DNA of 64,000 nucleotides from an uncultured Clostridia bacterium (GCA_947649575.1 CANSRZ010000004.1:2107-66106), one strand, 5' to 3'; numbered from the stretch's first letter, positions 20,429 through 31,422 are shown. The notes: generated by a model from the letters alone, not told the origin. A program made the numbers and translations.

Positions 20429-20460
20429 AAAAAAGCTATCTGAGTTAGATAGCTTTTTTT
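20429..20460. terminator. Bidirectional terminator between the GLUG gene and spoVG
   Basis: AAAAAAGCTATCT-GAGTT-AGATAGCTTTTTTT. Confidence 0.85.
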
Positions 20461-20471
20461 GTGTAAACAAA

Positions 20472-20738
20472 TTACTCAGCCGTAGAAACTTTTTCGTATT
20501 CTGCCATAATCGCTGATTTAATGAGTTCGCGTGTTTCTGTGTTGATTGGGTGAACGATATCTTTATACTCGCCCTCAGGAGTTTTTCTTGATGGCATTGA
20601 GATAAAGAGACCGTCTTTTCCACTGATGATTTTGATGTCATGAACTACAAAGCAATCTTCAATAGTGATAGAAGCAACTGCTTTAAGTTTGGCATCTTCC
20701 TTAGAAACCATTCTTACTCTAACATCTGTGATTTTCAA
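20472..20738 (-). CDS. spoVG: Septation regulator / RNA-binding protein SpoVG
   Basis: [38 protein letters not shown]. Confidence 0.97.
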   Translation of the reverse strand: MKITDVRVRMVSKEDAKLKAVASITIEDCFVVHDIKIISGKDGLFISMPSRKTPEGEYKDIVHPINTETRELIKSAIMAEYEKVSTAE

Positions 20739-20931
20739 GTCCTTATACCTTCCTTTTTTAGTTTTCTTAGCTTAATAATTTGATAATCAGCATAAACTGA
20801 TATATTTAAGCTACTTATATAATACTATTTTTCGCAAAATATATCAAATAAATTTGATAGTTTTATAAATTTTTTTAAAAATTTATTGTTTTTTCTTTCA
20901 ACACGGCTATTGTTTTTTCATAAAGTTTAAT

Positions 20932-21654
20932 ATGGTCTTTAATTTTTGTGGGGTGAAAGTTTTTTATAGAATTCAAAATAATGGCACAGGCCCTTATACA
21001 TTGCTGTTGCATGGCTGGGGAGTTAGTGGCAGTATTTTTGATAAATTTGTTGATTTGATGCCTGAAAGGAATTTTATTATCCTTGATTTTCCTCCTTTTG
21101 GCAAAAGCAATATTGAGCCAAAAGATTGGAACATATTTACATATGCAAATATGGTGATAAGTTTATGTGAACATTTAAAAATAGATCAAGTTAATGTTCT
21201 TGGGCATTCTTTTGGTGGCAGAGTTGCTATTATTTTGGCTTCATTGCGACCGAGCTTGATTGAGAAATGTATTTTGGTTTCCTCAGCTGGCTTAAAACCT
21301 AAACGAACATTAAAATATCATTTTAAACTTTATAGTTATAAACTGCTTCGATATTTTGGCTTTATGATCAACAATGCTGGCTCGGATGATTATAAAGAAT
21401 TGTCAAATGATATGAAAAAAGTTTTTGTCAATGTTGTCAGCGAACATCTTGATGGTTATTTGCCACTCATCAAACAAAAGACTTTGATTATTTATGGCGA
21501 AAAAGACAAAGAAACACCTGTTTATATGGCCAAACGATTACATAAACATATAAAAAACAGCAGGCTTGAAATTATCCCTGAGGCAGGACATTTTTGCTTT
21601 ATTGACAATCTTATGACCTTTTATAGACTGGTTGATAAATTTTTGGAGGAATAA
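20932..21654 (+). CDS. Alpha/beta hydrolase
   Basis: LLHGWG, GHSFGG nucleophile elbow, AGHF. Confidence 0.9.
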   Translation: MVFNFCGVKVFYRIQNNGTGPYTLLLHGWGVSGSIFDKFVDLMPERNFIILDFPPFGKSNIEPKDWNIFTYANMVISLCEHLKIDQVNVLGHSFGGRVAIILASLRPSLIEKCILVSSAGLKPKRTLKYHFKLYSYKLLRYFGFMINNAGSDDYKELSNDMKKVFVNVVSEHLDGYLPLIKQKTLIIYGEKDKETPVYMAKRLHKHIKNSRLEIIPEAGHFCFIDNLMTFYRLVDKFLEE

Positions 21655-23072
21655 TGAATATTTTTTTAGCAATTTTGTTTTCAATTTTGTTGCCTTTTTG
21701 CAATTATTTGATTTATAAAACCTTTCAATTATGTGGATATAACACAAAAAACTTTGTTGATACGGTTTTTTCAAAAGGTTTGGCAAGTGGAAATAAAAAT
21801 AAACTTGTATTGACCAAACGCATGCTTAGATTGATAATTTTGCATATGCTTATATGCGCAAGTTTGTTATTTTGTAGTTATCTTTTGCTGTTTGATGCAA
21901 GGCTGAAATTGTTAAACACGGTTGTTATTTATCTGTTTTCGCCTGTGCTTCTTATGCTTGCACATATAATCATATTGCCAATTGAACTCTTGATAAAACA
22001 AACATATATCAAGCGTGCAAAAAGCAAATTAAAGAAGAAAAATCCAAAAATTATCGGAATAACTGGCAGTTTCGGCAAAACTAGCACAAAAAACATTCTT
22101 GCAAGCATTTTAGAAAAGAGCTTTAAAGTTTGCAAAACCCCACTTAATTATAATACTGAAATGGGGCTAACTAAGACTATTTTGGAAAAACTTGATGACG
22201 AGGATTTTTTAATTGCTGAAATGGGAGCAAGACATAAGGGCGATATCAAAAAGTTATGCGAAATTGCTTGTCCAGACTATGTTATTATCACATCAGTTGG
22301 CGAGCAACATCTTGAAACATTTGGCTCATTGCAAACAATTGAAGAAACAAAGTCAGAAATTATCACATTTTCTCAAAAAAACGCACCAATTTTCATAAAT
22401 TGTGACACTTTGTCTTCAAATCGCATTTATGAGAAGTGCAAAAAGAACAAATTTGCAACTTGCAGATTTCAAACTTATGCATATGCGACTGATATTAATT
22501 ATAACAGTGAGGGCAGTGCTTTCACACTAAATATTGAAGGACATAAAGTTAAATGCAAAACTTTGCTTTTGGGGCGTTGTAATATTGATAATATAGTTAC
22601 AGCGTCAGCTTTGGCATATTATTTGGGCGTCAGTTTGGAGGATATTGTTTCGGCTATCAAAAAGCTCGAGCCGACTGCTCATAGGTTGGAACTGATACAA
22701 AACAACACTGTTTGCGTGCTTGATGACGCTTATAACAGCAATCTTGTTGGAGCAAAAGAGGCATTGAATGTTTTGTCAACTTTCAAAGGCAGAAAAATTG
22801 TTGTCACTCCAGGCTTTGTTGAAATGGGCAAAGAAGAAAGTACTACAAACTTTAAACTTGGCACTATGATTGCGGATGTTGCTGATTATGTCATTGTTAT
22901 GAATGAACTTAATAAAAATTATATTTTGTCAGGCCTAATTTCTCATAATTTTGACAATGAAAAAATATTTTTTGCCACAACAAGAGAGGAGCAAAAAGAA
23001 TTGTTGACCAAACTGACCTGTGAAAATGCAGTAATTTTATTTGAAAACGATTTGCCAGATAATTATAAATAA
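21654..23072 (+). CDS. murF: MurF-type Mur ligase with N-terminal transmembrane helices
   Basis: GITGSFGKTSTK, NYNTEMG, EMGAR, DDAYNSN; lies next to ddl. Confidence 0.85.
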   Translation: MNIFLAILFSILLPFCNYLIYKTFQLCGYNTKNFVDTVFSKGLASGNKNKLVLTKRMLRLIILHMLICASLLFCSYLLLFDARLKLLNTVVIYLFSPVLLMLAHIIILPIELLIKQTYIKRAKSKLKKKNPKIIGITGSFGKTSTKNILASILEKSFKVCKTPLNYNTEMGLTKTILEKLDDEDFLIAEMGARHKGDIKKLCEIACPDYVIITSVGEQHLETFGSLQTIEETKSEIITFSQKNAPIFINCDTLSSNRIYEKCKKNKFATCRFQTYAYATDINYNSEGSAFTLNIEGHKVKCKTLLLGRCNIDNIVTASALAYYLGVSLEDIVSAIKKLEPTAHRLELIQNNTVCVLDDAYNSNLVGAKEALNVLSTFKGRKIVVTPGFVEMGKEESTTNFKLGTMIADVADYVIVMNELNKNYILSGLISHNFDNEKIFFATTREEQKELLTKLTCENAVILFENDLPDNYK

Positions 23073-23083
23073 AAGGAGTTGTT

Positions 23084-24205
23084 ATGAAAAATGTTTTGGT
23101 GATTTTTGGAGGGAAAAGTGTTGAGCATGATATTTCTATTATTACAGCTATGCAGGCATTAAAAAATTTGCCTAAGGGTTACAATTTTATTCCTGTTTAT
23201 ATTGACAAGGATGAACATTGGTGGCTGGCAGATAATTTGGATGACGCTCATACATATATCGATTTTTCTAAAAACGTGAAAAACAAGCGTGCTTGCACTT
23301 TGACCGCTGGAAGCAGTATGTTATGCGAAGTAAAGAAAGGCAAATTTAAGAAAAGCACTTTTATTCACTGCGCACTTTTGTGCTGTCATGGCGGAAGCGG
23401 AGAAGGCGGAGCATTGCAAGGGTTGTTAAAGATGTGCAAAATTCCATTTACAAGCCCAGATATGCAGGCAAGTGTTGTGTGCATGGATAAAGTGCTTGCA
23501 AAACTTGTTATGCAAAACGAGGACATAAAAACTCCTGAATTTGTTACTTTTTCATTCTTAAATTTTATTGAAAATAAAGATTATTTTATTGAAAAGTGCG
23601 AACAAAATTTAGGCTATCCAATGATTGTTAAGCCTTCAAGACTTGGAAGCAGTGTTGGCATTCACATATGCGCAAACAGACAAGAGTTCTTTGATTCTCT
23701 TGAAATAGCGAAAGAATATGACGATAAAATTATCGTTGAAAAATTTATTTCTGGCTGTAAAGAGTTTTGTTGTGCATGTGTGCAAGTTAACAATAAGCCT
23801 TTCACATCTGCTGTAAACGAGGTTGATAAAAGTGAGATGTACACTTTTGAAGAAAAGTATCTTTCTGATAAAAACAACAACAAAAAAATAGTCAAAGCGT
23901 TAGAGGAACAAATCAAAAAGTTGACTATTAATGTTTATCAAAAACTTGAACTTGCAGGGCTTGTGCGTGTCGACTTTTTATATAACCCAAAAGGGCAAGA
24001 GCTTTATGTATGCGAAATCAATACAATTCCTGGCTCGCTTAGTTTTAATCTGTTTGAAAATGTTAAATTCAGCGACCTTATTGCAAATCTGATTGAGAAC
24101 GCAATTTCAAAAAATGAAGAGCAAAACAGTTTGATTTATAGCTTTAATAGTGACGCAATAAAGCATTATATCACAATCAGCAAATCGAATAAACTTACAA
24201 AATAA
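23084..24205 (+). CDS. ddl: D-alanine--D-alanine ligase
   Basis: FGGKSVEHDISI, HGGSGEGG, KPSRLGSSVGI, RVDF, EINTIPGS. Confidence 0.95.
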   Translation: MKNVLVIFGGKSVEHDISIITAMQALKNLPKGYNFIPVYIDKDEHWWLADNLDDAHTYIDFSKNVKNKRACTLTAGSSMLCEVKKGKFKKSTFIHCALLCCHGGSGEGGALQGLLKMCKIPFTSPDMQASVVCMDKVLAKLVMQNEDIKTPEFVTFSFLNFIENKDYFIEKCEQNLGYPMIVKPSRLGSSVGIHICANRQEFFDSLEIAKEYDDKIIVEKFISGCKEFCCACVQVNNKPFTSAVNEVDKSEMYTFEEKYLSDKNNNKKIVKALEEQIKKLTINVYQKLELAGLVRVDFLYNPKGQELYVCEINTIPGSLSFNLFENVKFSDLIANLIENAISKNEEQNSLIYSFNSDAIKHYITISKSNKLTK

Positions 24206-24237
24206 TGAATAATTATACAAACTCAAAAAGAGGTGTT

Positions 24238-25698
24238 ATGAAAGTTGAAAAATTATTTGAAAATGTTGCCAAGGATGAGGAAATTGAAAATATCAAAGAT
24301 TTTGAAATAAACAAAGTTGCAATCAACTCTAAGCTTGTTGAAGAGGGGGATGTTTTTGTTGCGTTAAACGGCGGGCAAACGGACGGCAATAAGTTTGTTT
24401 ATGAAGCTATTGCAAATGGCGCAAAAGTTATTGTTTCAGAAAAGGATTTGGGCCTTAGCAATCAAGTGGTTGTTGAAGATGCAAGAAGTTCATTTTCACT
24501 TTTATGCAAAAATTTAAATGAAAAAGCGTGCGAAAAGCTGAAAATTATTGCAATAACTGGCACTAATGGAAAAACAACAACTTCTCATATTTTGGGAAGT
24601 ATAATTTCAAGGCTTGGTCACAAAGTGGCAGTTATTGGAACGCTAGGTGCAAAGTTTGATGGCAAAGTGATTGACACAGGCTTTACAACTCCTGATCCAG
24701 ATATCTTGCATAAACTGTTTTATGACATGAAAAATGCAGGCGTGGAATATGTTGTTATGGAAGCGTCGGCACATGCAATAGCTCTTAAAAAACTTGATGG
24801 GATAAAGTTTGAAGCAGGAGTTTTGACAAATATAACCCAAGACCATCTAGATTTTTTCAAAACAATGGATAATTATGCGGAAGCAAAGTTGAGTTTTTTT
24901 GACAAAAAATATTGCAAATATGGTGTTGTTTGCAAGGACGATGAAAGAGTTCAAGAGTTTTTGAAAAGAGAAAGTAATATTCCAATTGTCACTTATGGTG
25001 TTGACCATTTATGTGATTGTTTTGCAACGGCTGTTGACGCAGACATGAGTGGAACAACTTTTATTATGAATTGTTTTGACGAAATAGTTCGTGCAAAATC
25101 TCAACTTATAGGCAAGTATAATATTCAAAATATTTTAGCGTCTATGCTTGTGTGCGCATGTGAAAATATGCCAATAAAAGAATGTCTTTCTGCGCTTGAG
25201 CAGGTCACTCCTGTTGAGGGTAGATTTAATGTTATTGGCATGGATAATTTTCATGTGGTGTTTGATTATGCTCATTCACCTGATGGGCTTGAAAATTTGC
25301 TTAAAACAGCAAGACCGTTGACTGAGGGCAAGTTGATAACTGTGTTTGGCTGCGGCGGCAATCGTGATAAAGGCAAGCGTCCAATCATGGGCAAGATTGC
25401 AAGCAAATATTCTGACCATGTTATTTTGACTAGTGATAATCCGCGTTTTGAAAAGCCAATGGATATTATCAAGCAGATAGAAAAAGGTGTCAGCGGAAGT
25501 TATGAAATTTGCCCTGACAGAACTTATGCCATAAATAGCGGGTTAAATCAGTGCAAAAAGGGAGATACTTTGATTATTGCTGGCAAGGCTGGTGAAAAAT
25601 ATCAAGATATTAACGGTAAAAAAATTCCGTACAATGATTTTGATGTGGTATATAATCACTATCGCCAGCGTAAAAATAATCTAGGAGAAAATGAATGA
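24238..25698 (+). CDS. murE: UDP-MurNAc-tripeptide synthetase (meso-DAP-adding type)
   Basis: ITGTNGKTTT, TTPD, DYAHSPDG, GCGGNRD and the DNPR motif associated with meso-DAP specificity. Confidence 0.95.
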   Translation: MKVEKLFENVAKDEEIENIKDFEINKVAINSKLVEEGDVFVALNGGQTDGNKFVYEAIANGAKVIVSEKDLGLSNQVVVEDARSSFSLLCKNLNEKACEKLKIIAITGTNGKTTTSHILGSIISRLGHKVAVIGTLGAKFDGKVIDTGFTTPDPDILHKLFYDMKNAGVEYVVMEASAHAIALKKLDGIKFEAGVLTNITQDHLDFFKTMDNYAEAKLSFFDKKYCKYGVVCKDDERVQEFLKRESNIPIVTYGVDHLCDCFATAVDADMSGTTFIMNCFDEIVRAKSQLIGKYNIQNILASMLVCACENMPIKECLSALEQVTPVEGRFNVIGMDNFHVVFDYAHSPDGLENLLKTARPLTEGKLITVFGCGGNRDKGKRPIMGKIASKYSDHVILTSDNPRFEKPMDIIKQIEKGVSGSYEICPDRTYAINSGLNQCKKGDTLIIAGKAGEKYQDINGKKIPYNDFDVVYNHYRQRKNNLGENE

Positions 25699-26657
25699 TT
25701 GCTAAATATTTTGCTGTTTGTTTAACTGCGTTAGGGGTTGGACTTGTTTTGGGATTTCCTATTTTAAAGCTTTGCAAAAAGCTTAAATTTTCCCAAACAA
25801 TCCTCCATTATGTGGACAAGCATGCTGGCAAGAGCGGAACTCCAACTATGGGTGGCTTGATTTTTATCTTTGCAAGCATAATTGCTTCTGCTTTCTTTTT
25901 GCGCGGTGACTATTTTTGGAGTATGCTTTGTCTTTTGGTTATGTTGTTTTATGGCGTTCTTGGATTTTTGGATGATTTTATCAAGATTAAGTTTCATCAA
26001 AACGAGGGCTTGAAACCTTATCAAAAAATAATTGGACAAGTTGGCATAGCTCTTGTGATTGCATTTTATGTTTATTTTAAAGTTGGTTCAACGCTTGATT
26101 TTTTTGGACTTAAACTTAATCTTTATTGGGGAATAATTCCATTTATTGTGTTTTTCTTTGTAGCAGTTACAAACTCGGTCAACTTGCTGGACGGGCTTGA
26201 CGGCTTGGCAAGCGGAGTTAGCATGATTTATCTTGCTTTTATGGGGGTTATTTTAGCTTTTCTCGGTTGGGGGAACTTAGCACTTGTTTCCTTTGCTGTT
26301 GTTGGCGGGCTGATTGCGTTTATTTTGTTTAACGGCTTTCCTGCAAAGATATTTATGGGCGATACTGGCTCGCTTGCGCTTGGAGGATTTATCGCTTCAA
26401 TAGCAGTGTTCTCTGGCACTGAACTTATTCTGCCAATTTTGGGACTGCTTTTTGTGCTAACTGCACTTTCCGATATTATACAAGTTTTGCATTACAAGCG
26501 GACAAAGAAAAGAATTTTCAAAATGGCGCCGCTTCATCATCATTTTGAACAGCTTGGCGTGCATGAAAACAAAATTGTCACCATATATATAGTTATAACA
26601 TTTGTGCTGGGCATGGGATGCACGCTTGGCTATATGTTTGCACTAGGGGTGATTTAA
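25695..26657 (+). CDS. mraY: Phospho-N-acetylmuramoyl-pentapeptide transferase
   Basis: KSGTPTMGG, NLLDGLDGL, FMGDTGS, MAPLHHHFE. Confidence 0.97.
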   Translation: MIAKYFAVCLTALGVGLVLGFPILKLCKKLKFSQTILHYVDKHAGKSGTPTMGGLIFIFASIIASAFFLRGDYFWSMLCLLVMLFYGVLGFLDDFIKIKFHQNEGLKPYQKIIGQVGIALVIAFYVYFKVGSTLDFFGLKLNLYWGIIPFIVFFFVAVTNSVNLLDGLDGLASGVSMIYLAFMGVILAFLGWGNLALVSFAVVGGLIAFILFNGFPAKIFMGDTGSLALGGFIASIAVFSGTELILPILGLLFVLTALSDIIQVLHYKRTKKRIFKMAPLHHHFEQLGVHENKIVTIYIVITFVLGMGCTLGYMFALGVI

Positions 26658-27946
26658 TGAAAGTAAGTGGCAAAAAGATTTTGGTTTATGGAATGGGCTT
26701 ATCTGGTCAAGCCGTTTGCAAACTTTTGCATAACAATGGCGCTTGTGTAAGTTTCTATGATGACGAAAATCGTTTTGGCACTTTTTTTAACTTTGATAAA
26801 AGTCCAACTCAAAGTCAATATGATATGGTTGTTGTAAGCCCAGGGGTTAAAGTTATTGGCAATAAGTTGATATCGCATTTTATAATCAACAAGACACCGA
26901 TTTTTAGCGAACTTGATATCGGCTATTTGTTTGGAAAAGGGAAATTTGTTGGTATAACTGGCACGAACGGAAAAACAACTGTGACAAGCTTGGTTGGCAA
27001 AATTTTTAAAGAGGCTGGCAAGGAAAGTGTTGTTTGCGGAAATATTGGCTTGCCTGTTTGCAGTGCTATTGAAAAGGGAAGCAAGCGAACAATTTATATA
27101 ACTGAGGTGTCAAACTTTCAACTTGAACTTTCAAATCACTTTTTTGCTTCAACTGCGTGTCTGCTAAATATTCAGCCTGACCATTTGGATAGGCATGGAA
27201 GCATGCAAGAATATGTGCGAGTTAAGAAAAAAATATTTTCTTCAAAACACGCTCGAAAAGTTGTTTTAAATTTTGATGACGAATATTCTAAGACATCAAT
27301 AATTTCTAGAAAAAATATGTTTTTTTCAAAAAAAATGCTAAATAAAGGCGTTTTTGTGAAAAATAACTGCATTTATCATAATAAAACAAAGATTATTTCG
27401 CTAAACGATATCCCGCTTTTGGGCGAGAAAAACCTTGAAAATGTGTTGGCTGCTGTTGCAATTTCAGTCGTTAACAAAATTAAGCCGAGGTTTATTAAAT
27501 CTGCAATTATGACATTTGTTCCGCCTGCTCATCGCTTGCAATATCTCGGCAAATTTAACGGTGCGCTTGTTTATGACGATAGCAAGGCTACAAATATTCC
27601 GTCTGTTGAGGGGGCTTTGACTGCTTTGCGAGGCGGGAATATTATTTTGCTTATGGGCGGACGAAACAAGGCTTTAATTTTTGACGAGTTTTTTGAAAAG
27701 AATTATGATATTTCAAAAGTTGTTTGCTTTGGCGAGTGTGGCGAAGAAATCAATAAAAGTGCTTTGGCGTTTGGCTATGATAGTGTTTGTTTTGAGAAGT
27801 TGCAAAATGCATGTGATTATGTGAAAACATGTGCATGTGAAAATACAATAATTTTATTAAGCCCAGCATGTGCAAGCTTTGATGAATTTTCTTCTTATGC
27901 TGTGCGAGGTGAAAGATTTAAGGAGTATATTTTTGGCAAAGAATAA
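26657..27946 (+). CDS. murD: UDP-MurNAc-L-Ala--D-Glu ligase
   Basis: VVSPGV, ITGTNGKTT, DHLDRH, DDSKATN, LLSPACASFD. Confidence 0.96.
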   Translation: MKVSGKKILVYGMGLSGQAVCKLLHNNGACVSFYDDENRFGTFFNFDKSPTQSQYDMVVVSPGVKVIGNKLISHFIINKTPIFSELDIGYLFGKGKFVGITGTNGKTTVTSLVGKIFKEAGKESVVCGNIGLPVCSAIEKGSKRTIYITEVSNFQLELSNHFFASTACLLNIQPDHLDRHGSMQEYVRVKKKIFSSKHARKVVLNFDDEYSKTSIISRKNMFFSKKMLNKGVFVKNNCIYHNKTKIISLNDIPLLGEKNLENVLAAVAISVVNKIKPRFIKSAIMTFVPPAHRLQYLGKFNGALVYDDSKATNIPSVEGALTALRGGNIILLMGGRNKALIFDEFFEKNYDISKVVCFGECGEEINKSALAFGYDSVCFEKLQNACDYVKTCACENTIILLSPACASFDEFSSYAVRGERFKEYIFGKE

Positions 27947-29078
27947 AGCTTTTGCAAGAAAAAAGTTGAATATTTTTGATAAAAAAATTGCTTTTGACAG
28001 CAAAAGTCTTTTTGTAGTCTTGCTTGTGATTGGGCTTGCATCTTTTGGCTGTTTAATGGTTTACAGCGCAAGTTATTATTCTGCTCAGCATCATTATAAC
28101 AATCAATATTTCTTTTTGTTTAAGCAAATTTTTGGCGTTGTACTTGGCATATTTGCAATGGCGTTCTTCTACTTTTTTGATTATCATCGTTTGGCTAAAC
28201 TTAAATGGTGGATTGTTGGCGCGTCACTTGTTCTTCTTGTTTTGGTCTTTATCCCTGGGCTTGGAGTTGAAAGTTATGGCGCAAAACGTTGGGTTTCTAT
28301 TCTAGGGATTTCTATTCAGCCGTCTGAAATTGCCAAATTTGCACTTGTTATTTTTTGCGCTTCATATATGGCAGAAAATCATGACAAAACAAAAACTTTG
28401 AAAGGGCTGCTTCCAATCCTTTGTGTGGCGGGTGCGTTTTGCTTGCTTATCATGCTTGAACCGTCTATGAGTGTAACAATGTGCATATGTTTTGTAACTT
28501 TATTTATGCTGATAATTGGCGGAATTAGCAAAAAACACACTTTGATGTTTTCAATTCCAGTTGTGCCTGCAGTGCCGTTGCTTATTATCCTTGAGCCTTA
28601 CAGATTGAAGCGCCTCATGGCTTTTATTGACCCTTGGGCAACTCCGCAAGGTGAGGGCTTTCAACTTATTCAGTCCCTTTACAGCCTTGGCTCAGGAGGC
28701 TGGTTTGGAACAGGACTTTTCAATTCTCGTCAAAAATATCTTTTCTTGCCTTTTGCTGAAAGCGATTTTATTCTTTCAATCATTGGCGAGGAAATTGGCT
28801 TTATCGGCTTGCTTATTCTTCTTGGATTTTTCTTAACGCTTGTAATTTTATTAATCAAAATTGCACTGAACGCAAAAGACCGCTTGGGGAGTATGCTTGC
28901 TTCTGGAGTGGCGTTTGTTATTGGAGTGCAAACACTTTTGAACGTTGCCGTTGTGACAGGCTCAATTCCGCCAACCGGGCTGCCTCTGCCATTCATATCA
29001 AGCGGAGGCACAAGCGTTTCCGTGTTTATGGGCGCTGTCGGCATTGCATTGAATGTTAGGAAGCAAGCCTTGCGTTAG
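27933..29078 (+). CDS. ftsW: SEDS family protein FtsW/SpoVE
   Basis: GAKRW, IQPSEIAK, FLPFAESDFI, PPTGLPLPFISSGG; TTG start after AGGAG. Confidence 0.92.
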   Translation: MAKNKAFARKKLNIFDKKIAFDSKSLFVVLLVIGLASFGCLMVYSASYYSAQHHYNNQYFFLFKQIFGVVLGIFAMAFFYFFDYHRLAKLKWWIVGASLVLLVLVFIPGLGVESYGAKRWVSILGISIQPSEIAKFALVIFCASYMAENHDKTKTLKGLLPILCVAGAFCLLIMLEPSMSVTMCICFVTLFMLIIGGISKKHTLMFSIPVVPAVPLLIILEPYRLKRLMAFIDPWATPQGEGFQLIQSLYSLGSGGWFGTGLFNSRQKYLFLPFAESDFILSIIGEEIGFIGLLILLGFFLTLVILLIKIALNAKDRLGSMLASGVAFVIGVQTLLNVAVVTGSIPPTGLPLPFISSGGTSVSVFMGAVGIALNVRKQALR

Positions 29079-29232
29079 ACTTCCAGCCCAAGCGCTGGGC
29101 GGTTGTCTTAATATTTTTTTAAAGCATATTTTATCCGTTCGCAACAAGCTTAACGTTTTGACTTGTCATGAACGTTTGGAGTTAAAATTTGGATGCAGTT
29201 ATAAGATAATCGCCAAGCGTTATGCTTGAGTT
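29079..29232. repeat. Family A cluster between ftsW and murA (two + units, one - hairpin)
   Basis: CCAGC-N6-GCTGG-GCGGTTGTC(29083); TATCCGTTCGCAACAAGCTTAACG(29132); CAAGC-GTTAT-GCTTG(29214-29228). Confidence 0.65.
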
Positions 29233-29290
29233 AAGCACAAAGCCGTGTAAAAAACATAGAATGATTATATGTTCATGCTTAGGAGGAAGA

Positions 29291-30547
29291 ATGTCTAAGT
29301 TTTTTATTAACGGCGGAAAGAAACTGCGTGGCGAGGTTGAAATTGAAAGTGCAAAAAATGCGCTGCTTCCTATTCTGTCGGCATGTAATCTGATTGACGG
29401 CAAGGTCGTTTTACATAAAGTGCCAGCGTTTTCTGATGTTATTGCAATGCTTGACGTGTTAAAGCATTTGGGTGCAAAGGTGGAGTGGCAAGATGATAGT
29501 GTGACTATTGACATGACAAGTCCAAAGCGTCATGATGTGCCTGTGGAACTTGCAAGCAAAGCAAGAGCATCTATATATATGCTTGGGCCGATTTTAGCAA
29601 GGAATAAAATTGCAAAAGTGGCTTATCCTGGCGGGTGCGAGATTGGGCTAAGGCCGATTGACTTACATCTTTCTGGGATGGGGGCGCTGGGGGCTAAGGT
29701 TGTTGAAAAGAATGGATATATTTATTGCAACGGGGCAAATATGAAAGGTGGAGATGTTATCCTTAACTTTCCAAGCGTTGGTGCAACTGAAAATATTATT
29801 ATGGCATCAGTTTTGACAAAGGGTAGAACGCGAATATTCAACTGTGCGAAAGAGCCTGAAATTGTTGACCTACAAAACTTTTTGAACGCATGCGGAGCAA
29901 AAGTATATAACGCAGGCTGTGGAGTTATTGAAATTGAGGGAGTTGACAGGCTTAACGGTTGTGAATATCAAACAATTTCTGACAGAATTATTACGGGCAC
30001 GTACATGCTTGCTTGTGCAATGACGGGAGGCGAAATTACTTTAAAAAATGTAGACCCATCACATAATCAAGCATTGATATCAAAACTTTTAAATTCTTCT
30101 TGCCAAATCCATATCAAAAATGATATAATCAAGATGAAAGCCAATGGCAGAGCAAAAGCTTTTGGAGAACTTGAAACTGCTGTTTATCCAGGATTTCCAA
30201 CAGATTTGCAGGCTCAGGCAATGGCTTTGCAGTGCGTTAGTGACGGCACAAGCATGATTGTTGAAAATCTGTTCGAGGCAAGGTTCAAGCATATCCCAGA
30301 ACTTATCAAAATGGGCGGGGATATAAGTTTCAGAGATAGAGTTTGCGTTGTTAGAGGCAAAAGCAAACTTTATGGCGCTGATGTGTTTGCTCATGACCTT
30401 AGAGGCGGCGCAAGCCTTGTTATGGCGGGACTTGTTGCAGAGGGTTATACAACAATCAGCAATATTCAGCTGATAGACCGCGGATATTTTAAACTTGAGC
30501 ATACTTTGACCGCACTTGGAGCTGATATAAAAAGGATTGAGGATTGA
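29291..30547 (+). CDS. murA: UDP-GlcNAc 1-carboxyvinyltransferase
   Basis: SAKNALLP, PGGCEIGLRPIDLH, SVGATEN, YPGFPTDLQ, DLRGGA. Confidence 0.97.
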   Translation: MSKFFINGGKKLRGEVEIESAKNALLPILSACNLIDGKVVLHKVPAFSDVIAMLDVLKHLGAKVEWQDDSVTIDMTSPKRHDVPVELASKARASIYMLGPILARNKIAKVAYPGGCEIGLRPIDLHLSGMGALGAKVVEKNGYIYCNGANMKGGDVILNFPSVGATENIIMASVLTKGRTRIFNCAKEPEIVDLQNFLNACGAKVYNAGCGVIEIEGVDRLNGCEYQTISDRIITGTYMLACAMTGGEITLKNVDPSHNQALISKLLNSSCQIHIKNDIIKMKANGRAKAFGELETAVYPGFPTDLQAQAMALQCVSDGTSMIVENLFEARFKHIPELIKMGGDISFRDRVCVVRGKSKLYGADVFAHDLRGGASLVMAGLVAEGYTTISNIQLIDRGYFKLEHTLTALGADIKRIED

Positions 30548-31422
30548 AGAAAAAGCTTTTGATTATTTTTGGAAGTGTTTTTGCAGTCATTGCGCTTCTT
30601 GTTATCCTTTGTTTCACACTTTTTGCTTTAAGAAGCGTGAAAGTTAATTTCAGGACAAGCATTGACGCAAATATTCCAAGCCAAGAAGAGATTGTTGAGG
30701 CAGGAGATTTCTCTTATCGCATGCCTGTGTTTTTTCTCAGCAAAAAATCATATAAAAAGAATATAGAAGAAAAATTCCCTTATGTGGAAGTTATCAATAT
30801 TGAAACGCGTTTTCCTGGCAAACTGATTGTTCACATAAGAGAGCGCCAAGAAATCTATGCCTTTATTCATAACGGGAGAACATATTTTTGTGATAACAAT
30901 CTTGTTGTGCTAAGATTTGTAGACAATAGCGGATATCTTTCATCGCAAGAGAATTCTATTTTGATTGAGGGGCTTGAGCTTGGCAGCGAAGAAATCAATG
31001 TTGGCGACAGACTTGTTTCAGCCACTTATGTTGATGTTTATGACGCGTTAGTTGAAAATAACAGACTGTTTTTTGAACAACAATCAATTATCAAAAAAAT
31101 AATTTTTTCTTCAACAGTTGACAACAACACAAACAAAAAAGCAACAAGTTTTGTGATAAACACATTTGACAATCATGAGTTTAGAGTTTACAATTCAGAC
31201 AAATATTTAAGAGTAAAAATGGCAAAATTCCTTTCTGCTTATTCAAATCTATATGAATATATTGGCAAGCCAATCACCCAGGACAGTGCTTCTGAATATT
31301 ATGGGCAAGTTTGGACGGCTGATATGCTTGATAGTGCATATGTTGTTATAAACAATTATTATAATGTTACAAGTGAAAGCAAAAGTTGTTATGCAAATGT
31401 TTTTCCTGCTGAGAAAGAGTGA
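30544..31422 (+). CDS. FtsQ/DivIB-like POTRA-domain cell division protein (divergent)
   Basis: Single N-terminal TM; PYVEVINIETRFPGKLIVHIRER; positioned between murA and ftsA. Confidence 0.7.
   Translation: MKKKLLIIFGSVFAVIALLVILCFTLFALRSVKVNFRTSIDANIPSQEEIVEAGDFSYRMPVFFLSKKSYKKNIEEKFPYVEVINIETRFPGKLIVHIRERQEIYAFIHNGRTYFCDNNLVVLRFVDNSGYLSSQENSILIEGLELGSEEINVGDRLVSATYVDVYDALVENNRLFFEQQSIIKKIIFSSTVDNNTNKKATSFVINTFDNHEFRVYNSDKYLRVKMAKFLSAYSNLYEYIGKPITQDSASEYYGQVWTADMLDSAYVVINNYYNVTSESKSCYANVFPAEKE

Noticed and set aside
23084-24205. Vancomycin-resistance type D-Ala-D-Lac ligase
   Set aside because: Housekeeping murF-ddl-murE context, omega-loop KY tyrosine retained, and no vanH/X/R/S nearby.
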